A DNA stretch of 64,000 nucleotides from an uncultured Thermoplasmatales archaeon (GTDB lineage Archaea > Thermoplasmatota > E2 > UBA202 > DSCA01). Of this stretch, positions 54,060-62,527 are shown piece after piece. A model generated the notes under the pieces. That model saw only the letters and a list, made by a program, of their open reading frames with translations, did not search any database and had not been told where the DNA came from. Position numbers and translations under genes: made by a program. The stretch lies in NCBI GenBank assembly GCA_964414415.1, contig CAYPWJ010000003.1:38784-102783 (forward strand), read 5' to 3'. Numbering within the stretch: position 1 is the first letter of the stretch; every line of letters starts with the position of its first letter.

Positions 54060-55895
54060 TTATCCCAGGTTGGCTATCCAGACGTTCCGGGTATAAATAG
54101 CTGGGTTATCTCCCTGCACCTTTACCTCGATGGTGTGGCGTCCCAGCGCCCGTTCGGTCCAGGTCCACTGCCATGGCTCCTCGGTCAGCGTCGCCGTGGT
54201 GTCTCCGTCGACCGAGAAGGTAACGGTGTCGGCGCCCGGTGCCGTTGCGTTGACGGTGATGTCACCGAGTATGACGGGGATGTCCAGGGAAAGCGGCATG
54301 ACCTTGCGGTCGTTGACGTAGAGGGCGCCCTCCCGCGGCCGGTCGATGCCGCCGACCGTGAGATGCAGCACGTCCGAGTACCACCACGTTTGCCCCCGGA
54401 TGGTCTGCCGGCCGTCGGTGCCGTTCACCGTCTCGCGGTAGGAGGCGTTGGTGCGTTCCTGGATCAGCCGGAGGTAGGGCTCGCCGCCGTAGACGTCGGG
54501 AGCGAGGGTGTCGTCGTACACCTGGTCGACCTGTGCCCTGGCGACGACGTAGAGGTCCGTTGCATCTTCGGGCACCTCGATGGTGTCCTCCCAGGTGACG
54601 CCGCTGGTTCTGCCGTTCCGGGCGCCGTCCCAGCCGGTCCCGCCGCGGTATCTGCCGGCGTAGTCGTCATGGTCCACGCCGGTCTCCATCGGATGCTCGA
54701 TGACGTCGGGGTTGGTGCTCCACTGCAGCATCGTGTGGTCGACCGCCATGCTGCCGTTGACCTGCCACTGCAGCGATATCTCGCTGTCGGTGACGCCACC
54801 CGGCGGGTGTATCCAGCGGATGTAGGGCTGCGCCAGGTCTATCTGGTGGAGCATGTACCGCCGGACGCCGACGGCGTAGCCCGGCAGGGTGTCGCCGCCG
54901 AGCTTCCACTCCGGCGGGTTTTTCACGACCGACAGCTCCGGGGAAATCCACATGACGCCCGTGCCGGGGTAGCCGCCGCTGCGCTGCACGAACGACGCCT
55001 CGGCGGGATGCCGCGCCACGTTGGAGCCATATGCCCAGGGCGCCAGGCTGCCCGCCGCCGGGTAGCCGACGGTGTCGGGGATCGTCCCGATGTTGCCCTC
55101 GTTGAGGTCACCGCCGTAGTCGCCCATGTAGCTGCCGAGGCGGAGCGACGCCGCGTCGTAGAAACAAAAGTCAGGCGGTGCATACCAGTACTCCCGGCCG
55201 GAGATGGGGCTCGTGGCGTTGACCTGGAGATGCGTCGACCCCCACGGATAGAGGAGCATCCGGGCGCCGCCGTGGAAGTCAGTGCCCACGCGGATGGAGT
55301 GATTGTTCACGAAGCGCACCAGCGTTTGCCCGGGCACGCTGCTCCAGCATTCCGGTGGCCCGCGCCTGCCGGGTCCGTCGTAATCCGCACCCCGGTTGAG
55401 ATCCCAGCCGTGGCTGTCGGTGCGCTGCAGGTTGTCGAACCCCCAGGGATTGTGAGACACCTCGATGTATATCTCCCGGTGGTCGAGCAGCCATCGCAGC
55501 CATGCGTCGCCTGGCGCCTGGCGCATCAGCCAGTCGGTGAACCAGTAGGCGGAGACAGTGCCCACGGTTTCGTCGCCGTGGGGGCTGCCGAGGAACAACG
55601 CCTCGGGCTTATCCAGGCCGCGGCTCTCGTTGGTAATCCTGACGTACCAGCAGTCGTAGCCACCTGCAACGGTGCCGGTGTCGTACAGCTCGTTGGCCTT
55701 GAACACCTTGAGATAGCCAGGATGCCGCTCCTCCAGCTCCTGGTACCAGCCGACGAGCTGGCTGTAGCTGCCGGGTTTCTCGTACAAGGTGACGCTGTCC
55801 CGGACCGCGGTGACGGGGTGGAATACAACGGCGATGAACAAGAGAACGGCGAGGCAGACTGCCGCTTTGCGTGTAAGCAGGTCCATGGACTGCAT
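54060..55895 (-). CDS. Secreted M14-like Zn carboxypeptidase with the C-terminal Ig-like module
   Basis: Signal peptide; PHGDE (HxxE), NPWG, DLNR, DFHGG; shared C-terminal module. Confidence 0.78.
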   Translation of the reverse strand: MQSMDLLTRKAAVCLAVLLFIAVVFHPVTAVRDSVTLYEKPGSYSQLVGWYQELEERHPGYLKVFKANELYDTGTVAGGYDCWYVRITNESRGLDKPEALFLGSPHGDETVGTVSAYWFTDWLMRQAPGDAWLRWLLDHREIYIEVSHNPWGFDNLQRTDSHGWDLNRGADYDGPGRRGPPECWSSVPGQTLVRFVNNHSIRVGTDFHGGARMLLYPWGSTHLQVNATSPISGREYWYAPPDFCFYDAASLRLGSYMGDYGGDLNEGNIGTIPDTVGYPAAGSLAPWAYGSNVARHPAEASFVQRSGGYPGTGVMWISPELSVVKNPPEWKLGGDTLPGYAVGVRRYMLHQIDLAQPYIRWIHPPGGVTDSEISLQWQVNGSMAVDHTMLQWSTNPDVIEHPMETGVDHDDYAGRYRGGTGWDGARNGRTSGVTWEDTIEVPEDATDLYVVARAQVDQVYDDTLAPDVYGGEPYLRLIQERTNASYRETVNGTDGRQTIRGQTWWYSDVLHLTVGGIDRPREGALYVNDRKVMPLSLDIPVILGDITVNATAPGADTVTFSVDGDTTATLTEEPWQWTWTERALGRHTIEVKVQGDNPAIYTRNVWIANLG

Positions 55896-55970
55896 TGCGG
55901 CGTGGCTCTTAAACGTTGCCCGGCTAAAAGCTTTTTAAAGGATGAGCGTATACCCATTGCAGGTGATTCA

Positions 55971-56186
55971 GTGGGTAACGTACGTCCGACGTATATCAAG
56001 CGAGTCGCGGAGAAGCTGGTAGCCGCGTTTCCAGACAAACTCTCAGAGGACTTCGAGTCCAACAAGGAGCTCCTCGAGCGCCACACAAACATTGACAGCA
56101 AGGTCATGCGAAACCGTGTCGCCGGCTACATCTCCACCATGATGGAACAACGACAGCGGCACCATGAGATCCAGCCCGAAGCTTGA
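55971..56186 (+). CDS. rps17e: 30S ribosomal protein eS17
   Basis: GTG start; MGNVRPTYIKRVAEKL...DFESNK...SKVMRNRVAGYI. Confidence 0.93.
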   Translation: MGNVRPTYIKRVAEKLVAAFPDKLSEDFESNKELLERHTNIDSKVMRNRVAGYISTMMEQRQRHHEIQPEA

Positions 56187-56868
56187 ACGAGCGCTGACGG
56201 CGTTGCGCGACGGCGACTTCGTCCTCATCTACGACGCGAAGGGACGGGAGGAGGAAACCGATTTTATCGTCGCTGCCGAGCACGTCACCCCCGAGCACGT
56301 CTACCGGATGCGGCGTGACGGCGGCGGCCTCATCTTTCTGATGCTGCATCACGACATAGCGGCGAAGCTCGGGCTGCCGTTCCTGGCCGATGTCCTCGCC
56401 ATGGGAGCCGACCGGTGGCCGGCGCTGGCGGCGCTCTCCCCGGACGACATCCCCTATGACACGAAGTCGTCGTTCTCGGTTCCGGTCAACCACCGGGAGA
56501 CGTTCACTGGCATCACCGACAATGACAGGGCGCTGACCATCAGCGAGATGGCGACGCTGGCCGCCGACGTTGCCGGCATGGACGAGGGCGAGGCACGAGG
56601 GGTGTTCGGCGAGCGGTTCAGGGCACCCGGGCACGTGGCGGTGTGCCGCGCCGCCGCCGGGCTGCTCATGGAGCGACGCGGCCACACGGAGCTGTCCGTC
56701 GCGCTTGGAGAGATGGCCGACGTTGTCCCGGTCATGGCGGGCTGCGAGATGATGGACCGCGGGGAGGCGCTGTCCAAGACGGACGCGATGGCGTACGCCG
56801 ACGAGCACGGCATGGTGTTCCTGGAGGGACAGGACATCGTGGAGGCATGGGAACAATGGTACGAGTGA
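56164..56868 (+). CDS. ribB: 3,4-dihydroxy-2-butanone 4-phosphate synthase
   Basis: YDAKGREEETD, RDGGGLI, NHRETFTGITDNDRALT, FRAPGHV, RRGHTE, CEMMD. Confidence 0.92.
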   Translation: MRSSPKLERALTALRDGDFVLIYDAKGREEETDFIVAAEHVTPEHVYRMRRDGGGLIFLMLHHDIAAKLGLPFLADVLAMGADRWPALAALSPDDIPYDTKSSFSVPVNHRETFTGITDNDRALTISEMATLAADVAGMDEGEARGVFGERFRAPGHVAVCRAAAGLLMERRGHTELSVALGEMADVVPVMAGCEMMDRGEALSKTDAMAYADEHGMVFLEGQDIVEAWEQWYE

Positions 56869-57302
56869 TGGCATCAGGCGTCTTCGATCTGCTGCACATC
56901 GGCCATCTCCATTATCTGCGGGAGGCCCGCAGCATGGGCGACGAGCTCGTCGTCGTCATCGCCACGGACGAGACAGTTCGGGAGCGGAAGCACTCGCCGA
57001 TTATGCCTGCAGCGATGCGCCGCGAGCTGGTGGCGGCGTTGAAGCCGGTCGACCTTGCCGTCGTCGGGCACCCCGATGACCCGTTCCGCGTCGTCGAGCG
57101 ACTGCAGCCCGGCGTCATCGCGCTGGGCTACGACCAGGAGGTCGAGGGCCTCAAGCGGGAGCTCCGGGAGCGCGGCATCAATGTCGAGGTGCGCCGGTGC
57201 ACCCGCTACCAGGAATACGACCTCAACGGCACACGCAAGATCATCGGCCGCATCGAGGAGAAACTCGAAAAGAACGAGCTCTACCTGGGCGACGAGAAAT
57301 AG
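56856..57302 (+). CDS. ribL: Archaeal FAD synthase
   Basis: MVRVMASGVFDLLHIGHLHYL (HxGH), VIALGYDQ; position in the rib cluster. Confidence 0.87.
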   Translation: MVRVMASGVFDLLHIGHLHYLREARSMGDELVVVIATDETVRERKHSPIMPAAMRRELVAALKPVDLAVVGHPDDPFRVVERLQPGVIALGYDQEVEGLKRELRERGINVEVRRCTRYQEYDLNGTRKIIGRIEEKLEKNELYLGDEK

Positions 57303-57331
57303 CCCGTTTTGCACCCTGTTTTTTTTTTCCA

Positions 57332-57442
57332 GTGGCGCTCTGCCGCGACCGCCTTCGACACGTTTAAAAACAGAGATATCCTTTGATTGCTGGCGAGCAA
57401 CACAGAGAGGGAATAAAAAAATATAATGTGGCAGAGCGCCAC
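57332..57442. repeat. 13-bp perfect inverted repeat pair flanking an 85-bp AT-rich segment
   Basis: gtggcgctctgcc (57332-57344) is the reverse complement of ggcagagcgccac (57430-57442). Confidence 0.75.
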
Positions 57443-57482
57443 ATCAGACACCTGCCTGACAGGCAGATGAGGCTCGCCTAGT
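57428..57482 (+). repeat. Degenerate partial copy of the adjacent tRNA-like sequence
   Basis: Shares gtggcagagcg, cctgcc and gctcgcctagt with 57525-57577, in the same order and at near-identical spacing. Confidence 0.65.
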
Positions 57483-57518
57483 GTATCAACATCTACGCCG
57501 TACGTTTTGAAACACGCT

Positions 57519-57600
57519 GCAGGGGTGGCAGAGCGGCTGAACGCGCCTGCCCGAGGAGTAGGTGGCGCTCGCCTAGTCCCTCGAGGGTTCAAATCCCCCC
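57519..57600 (+). pseudogene. Decayed tRNA-Leu(GAG)-like sequence lacking the 3' acceptor strand
   Basis: GCAGGGG-TG-D arm GCAGAGCGGCTGAACGC-CCTGC/GTAGG anticodon stem with a CCGAGGA loop-long variable arm-GAGGG TTCAAAT CCCCC. The expected CCCCTGC is replaced by CGTAACG. Confidence 0.7.
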
Positions 57601-57685
57601 GTAACGAGCCACCTGTTTTTTGATGCCATCGAATCAGGGCGAGACGAAACCACATCACTTATGTAGCGAAAATGTATAGCTTGAT

Positions 57686-60600
57686 GTGGCCGAGCTAGAT
57701 TCGACGCGGGATGCAGGCGAGTACATGCAGGGTGAGCTTTTCTCGGAGCATTATATAGCAGACAGACTGCGGGACAGCCAGCGGTTCATCGACATGACTG
57801 GCAAGGCGGACGAGGCCTTCCGCATCGTCAGCCACATCTATGAACAGAAAAAAGACATCCTGGAGCGTCTCGACGAACACTCGCTGGAGGACGACTTCCT
57901 GAAACCGGTGCTCGCGGCGCTGGAGCACGTCACCGACGTCCAGCCGCCGTATCTTTCACATAAAGGGATGGAGGACATCCCCGACTATGCGTTGTTCAAC
58001 GACGAGGGAGAGAAACAGACAGCGCAGCGCAAGAAAGACGTCGACAGCGACACCTATTTCGACGTCTCCATCGGGCTGATAGAGGCAAAGCGATGGGATA
58101 AAAACCTCGACAGGGGACGCAGGCGGACGCCGTCGGTCCAGATAAAACGCTACCTGCGGATGACAACCGTGAAATGGGGCATCCTGACCAACGGCAGGAA
58201 ATGGCGGCTGTACTGCAAGGAGAGCCCGTTTTCCTCCAACGTGTTCCTCGAGTTCGACCTTCAGCGGATGCTGGAGCACGACAGGGCAGCGATGTTTCGG
58301 CTGTTCTATGCGTTCTTTTCACACGACGCCTTCAGACGTGTCGACGGCCGGTCGTTCCTCGACGCCGTCTATGAGAAAAACATCCGGTTCGCCCGGGAGG
58401 TCGAGGACGACCTGGAGCGGAACGTCTATGAGGCGCTGCGCGTCCTCGTCGAGGGGTTCCTGCGCTTTGAGCCCAACGGGCTCGACAGGGGCGACGTGGA
58501 GGACATCCACGACAGCTGCCTCATCCTGCTCTACCGGCTGCTGTTTCTGTTCTATGCGGAGTCGAAGGACCTCATCCAGTTTTCGTCTCATTACCGGAAG
58601 TATTCACTCATCCATCTGAGCGAGAAAATCGCTGCGGACATGGATGAATACGCGCCGCTCGTCGACGACTACTGGCAGACGCTGCAGCGGACGTTCGCCA
58701 TCATCAACCGCGGCAGCGAAGAAGTGGTCGGTGAGGCAGGGATTCCGCCCTACAACGGCGGGTTGTTCGACCCAGACCGGCATCCGTTCCTGGAGCGGTA
58801 CAGCATCAGCGACAACTACCTCAAGATGGCGGTAGAGCTGCTCGCCAGGCGGCAGACGGACACCGGCCGTCAATGGGTGGACTACAAGACCCTGCAGATC
58901 CGGCATCTCGGCTCCATCTACGAGAAGCTGCTGGAGTACAAGGTCCGGGTGGCGGAGACCGACCTCGCGGTGGACGACGGCGAGTACCATGCAGCCGAGG
59001 AGGACGAAGACGCCGTGGTCGAGGAGGGCGAGCTCTACCTGGTAACTGACAAGGGCGAGCGGAAGGCCACCGGCAGCTACTATACGCCGGACTACGTCGT
59101 CGAGTACATCGTCGAAAACACGGTCGGTGAGCTCATCGACGAGCGGACCGGGCAGGCTCGCCAAGACGGTGAAAGCGAGGCGGACGCCATCCTTGATATC
59201 ACGGTGCTCGACCCGGCGATGGGCAGCGGCCATTTCCTGGTCGGCGCGGTCGAGTACATGGCCGACGAGCTCGTCGAGGCGGTCAACCGCGACATCGAAA
59301 ACGAGGTATGGGACGAGGGCGACAGAGACCACGACTGGGCGAAACGCGCCGTCGTCAGCCACTGCATATACGGCGTCGACGTGAACCCGCTGGCGGTCGA
59401 GCTGGCGAAGCTCTCGCTGTGGCTCACCACGCTCAGCAAGGGCAAACCGTTGAGCTTCCTCGACCACCGATTGAAATGCGGCAACAGCCTGATAGGCGAA
59501 CGCCTGGAGGACCTGCCGGTGCTGCCGGGCGACGAACGCACGCAGGATAGAAAGATCCACACGCCGTTCATCGACAAGCTGGCGGACCAGGCAGCCGAGA
59601 TAGAGGACATCCCCGACGACTCACTCTCAGACATCAAGCGAAAAGAACAGCTCTACCGGCAGCTGAGGGACTCCGACGCCTACAAACGCATCAAGACACT
59701 GGCTGATGCACGCACCGCGATATATTTCGGCGTCGGCGACGACCACCCCGAGCTGAAGGACCGGTACAAGAACCTCGCCTGGGAGGCCCTGATGGGTGAC
59801 GCGTCGAAATGGGAGGACAAAAGCAGGGCGAGCTGGGTGAGGGAGGGCCGTGAGATGGCGCGTCGGCAGCGGTTCTTCCACTGGGAACTCGAGTTCCCCG
59901 ATGTCTTCTTCGGCGACGGAGAAACCGGCGATAACCGGAAGACAGACAGCAACAGCACCGGCGGCTTCGACGCCGTCATCGGCAACCCGCCATACGTCCG
60001 GCAGGAACAGCTCGGGAAGAACAAGGAATATCTCAGCGAGAGTTATTCCTCCTATCACGGAATGGCTGACCTTTACGTTTATTTCTTTGAGAAGGGACAT
60101 GAGCTGCTCAAAAGAAACGGGTTGTTTGGATATATTTCTTCAAATAAATTCATTCAGGCTGGATATGGCAAAAATCTTCGCTCGTTTTTGACCAACGGTA
60201 TTTTTGTTAAAGAAATCGTTGACTTCGGCGAGCTTCCTGTTTTCCCAGAGGCGGCCACTTTTCCGGCCATTTTCATAACAGAAAAATCTGGTAGAGAGGA
60301 GAGACCTACCACTTATACAAAGGTAAAATCCTTAGATTTCGTATCCCTTGAACAATTAGTTGATGATGCGTCTGATTCCTTGTTGCCTTCATGTTTCCAG
60401 GGAGATACATGGAACCTTGTTTCTGAACGCGAAATTAGAATCGTACAAAAAATGGACAGAAAAGGTGTTCCACTGGAGCAGTATGTCGACGGAAACATTG
60501 AATATGGCATTAAGACTGGATTAAATGATGTATTCGTTATCGACAGAACTCTAAAGGATGACATAGTTTCGAGAGACCCGGCAAGCTCAGAAATCATAAA

Positions 60601-61903
60601 ACCTGCCCTAGCTGGCGACGATATCAGAAGGTATAAAATTAACTTCCGCGACAGATACGTTATTTTCACTCGTAGAGGAATAGACCTCGAAAAATATCCT
60701 GGGGTTAAAGAGTATTTGAATCAATACAAAGAATCTCTAATACCAAAGCCGGAAGGGTGGGATGACAAACACGATGGAGAATGGAAAGGCCGTAAACCAG
60801 GAAGTTATGAGTGGTACGAAATTCAGGACACAGTAGATTACTATGAAGCATTTGAAAAACCAAAGATAGTCTTTCCAGATATTGCCATGAATTCTAGATT
60901 TGCCTTTGACAATGATAAAAGATACGTCCTCAACACAGGGTATGTTATCCCTGTTGATGATTTCTTCTTGCTGGCCATACTCAATTCCACGCTAATCGAG
61001 AGCTGGTATCGGCATAATTCCGCGGTGCTCGGCGATGCAGACATGGGCGGAAGAATGCGTTTTATTTACCAATACGTCTCAAAAATCCCGATAAAGGAAA
61101 TCAGTTATGACACTCCTGAGCCAGAAAGAAAAAAGTTGACTAAGGATGCACAAGACCATTACCGAGACTACCTAACGAATGACGACACGGAGATATTCGA
61201 GCTCATCGATGCGCTACTACCGCAAGCAGACAGAGAACAAAAAAGCGACGTCGCCAAAGAGTTACTAGCCTCTCTTGCCCGAAAGATGACAGAATATAAG
61301 CAGCAGAGAGACAACCTCAACCTCAACGTGCTCGACTATCTCGGCAACTACGTCTCCGGTAACAAGTTATCCGAGCTGTCTACACCGCCGCAGGGCCTCT
61401 CCTCAACCATACTCGTCAAGACAGCCACCGAGCTAGACAACCTTCGCATCGGATCCATATCGTTCGATAGAAATGGGAAGAAACTCGTACTGTATGCGAC
61501 AGCACGATACAAGCCAGAAAATCCAGATAAACATGACACCGACAGGTGGGGCTACACCGAAACCGAGACCATACCGGCGATGGAATTCCTCGACCTAACA
61601 GAGACAGAAAAAGCACTCGTGGAAGCATTCGTGCCGCTCGCCATAGAAAAAAGCGGCGGATTTGCAGGTTTCCGCGAAAACGCCACAAAGACAAAGTCAC
61701 TCATCGACCGACTCGGAGACCTCACACTGCCGAAGCTAGACGACGTCGAAAGCAGCTTCAAAAAATATCTGAAAATCAAAGGCCGCGCAGACGAACTCGA
61801 CAAAAAAATCAGGAAAACCGACGAGCTCATCGACCATATTGTCTACCGGCTCTACGGTCTCACCGACGAAGAGATAGACATCATCGAAAAAAGCCTCGAC
61901 TAA
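57686..61903 (+). CDS. Type IIG/IIL-like fused restriction endonuclease and N6-adenine methyltransferase (Eco57I-like)
   Basis: N-terminal PD-(D/E)xK (IPDYAL...IEAK), WGILTNG, GSYYTP, LDPAMGSGHFL (motif I), IYGVD.NPLAVELAKLSLWL, GNPPY (motif IV), TaqI_C-like TRD. Confidence 0.88.
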   Translation: MAELDSTRDAGEYMQGELFSEHYIADRLRDSQRFIDMTGKADEAFRIVSHIYEQKKDILERLDEHSLEDDFLKPVLAALEHVTDVQPPYLSHKGMEDIPDYALFNDEGEKQTAQRKKDVDSDTYFDVSIGLIEAKRWDKNLDRGRRRTPSVQIKRYLRMTTVKWGILTNGRKWRLYCKESPFSSNVFLEFDLQRMLEHDRAAMFRLFYAFFSHDAFRRVDGRSFLDAVYEKNIRFAREVEDDLERNVYEALRVLVEGFLRFEPNGLDRGDVEDIHDSCLILLYRLLFLFYAESKDLIQFSSHYRKYSLIHLSEKIAADMDEYAPLVDDYWQTLQRTFAIINRGSEEVVGEAGIPPYNGGLFDPDRHPFLERYSISDNYLKMAVELLARRQTDTGRQWVDYKTLQIRHLGSIYEKLLEYKVRVAETDLAVDDGEYHAAEEDEDAVVEEGELYLVTDKGERKATGSYYTPDYVVEYIVENTVGELIDERTGQARQDGESEADAILDITVLDPAMGSGHFLVGAVEYMADELVEAVNRDIENEVWDEGDRDHDWAKRAVVSHCIYGVDVNPLAVELAKLSLWLTTLSKGKPLSFLDHRLKCGNSLIGERLEDLPVLPGDERTQDRKIHTPFIDKLADQAAEIEDIPDDSLSDIKRKEQLYRQLRDSDAYKRIKTLADARTAIYFGVGDDHPELKDRYKNLAWEALMGDASKWEDKSRASWVREGREMARRQRFFHWELEFPDVFFGDGETGDNRKTDSNSTGGFDAVIGNPPYVRQEQLGKNKEYLSESYSSYHGMADLYVYFFEKGHELLKRNGLFGYISSNKFIQAGYGKNLRSFLTNGIFVKEIVDFGELPVFPEAATFPAIFITEKSGREERPTTYTKVKSLDFVSLEQLVDDASDSLLPSCFQGDTWNLVSEREIRIVQKMDRKGVPLEQYVDGNIEYGIKTGLNDVFVIDRTLKDDIVSRDPASSEIIKPALAGDDIRRYKINFRDRYVIFTRRGIDLEKYPGVKEYLNQYKESLIPKPEGWDDKHDGEWKGRKPGSYEWYEIQDTVDYYEAFEKPKIVFPDIAMNSRFAFDNDKRYVLNTGYVIPVDDFFLLAILNSTLIESWYRHNSAVLGDADMGGRMRFIYQYVSKIPIKEISYDTPEPERKKLTKDAQDHYRDYLTNDDTEIFELIDALLPQADREQKSDVAKELLASLARKMTEYKQQRDNLNLNVLDYLGNYVSGNKLSELSTPPQGLSSTILVKTATELDNLRIGSISFDRNGKKLVLYATARYKPENPDKHDTDRWGYTETETIPAMEFLDLTETEKALVEAFVPLAIEKSGGFAGFRENATKTKSLIDRLGDLTLPKLDDVESSFKKYLKIKGRADELDKKIRKTDELIDHIVYRLYGLTDEEIDIIEKSLD

Positions 61904-61997
61904 CAACAGGACAACGCTGCACCGGGCGTTTTTTCCTCCCCCTCCCCTATCGGCGTAAACGCTAAAAGGACACCAGGGTTTATGGAGGACGAGACAG

Positions 61998-62456
61998 ATG
62001 AAGCACATCGGCATCGCGGATACCACGTTCGCCCGGTATGACATGGCAGCCGCGGCGATCGACGAGCTCAAAAGCAACGCCACTGGCTTCAAGATAGAGC
62101 GGTACACCGTCCCCGGCGTCAAGGATCTGCCATGCGCCGCACGGCGGCTCATCGACCGTGGCTGCGACATCATAATGGCGCTGGCGATGCCCGGGCCCGC
62201 CGACATCGACCGGCAGTGCGCCCACGAGGCCTCGCAGGGGCTCATCCAGCTGCAGGTGCAGACGGGTGTCCACATTGTCGAGGTCTTCGTCCACGAGAGC
62301 GAGGCCGACGACGACGCGGAGCTCCGATGGCTGGCGGAGCAGCGCAGCCGCGACCACGCGGTCAACGTCGTCAACCTGCTGTATCACCCCGAGCGGCTGC
62401 AGCGGCAGGCCGGCACCGGGCAGCGCGAAGGCTACGAAGACGCCGAGCCGCTGTAA
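61998..62456 (+). CDS. ribC: Archaeal-type riboflavin synthase
   Basis: IGIADTTFARYDM, TVPGVKDLP, CAHEAS.GL, IVEVFVHESE, LRQG-like tail (GQREGYED). Confidence 0.9.
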   Translation: MKHIGIADTTFARYDMAAAAIDELKSNATGFKIERYTVPGVKDLPCAARRLIDRGCDIIMALAMPGPADIDRQCAHEASQGLIQLQVQTGVHIVEVFVHESEADDDAELRWLAEQRSRDHAVNVVNLLYHPERLQRQAGTGQREGYEDAEPL

Positions 62457-62527
62457 AGCTGTATAGAGCTGTAAAAAAAAGACGCTGCGGTGACCCGGAT
62501 TCATTCCCGCGTCTCCCGCTTCTTTTG

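Noticed and set aside
57303-57685. FMN riboswitch, tRNA-Sec or tRNA-Pyl in the rib cluster gap
   Set aside because: None of the conserved RFN segments is present, and the anticodon is GAG rather than TCA or CTA. The sequence fits a decayed tRNA-Leu.
57686-61903. BREX PglX or DISARM methylase
   Set aside because: No brxA/B/C, pglZ or drm genes are nearby, and the protein has its own N-terminal PD-(D/E)xK nuclease.
57310-61936. Target-site or att direct repeat flanking the R-M block (tgcacc...gtttttt(t)cc at about 57310 and 61918)
   Set aside because: The match is short, gapped and mostly a T-run, so it is better explained as two terminators.
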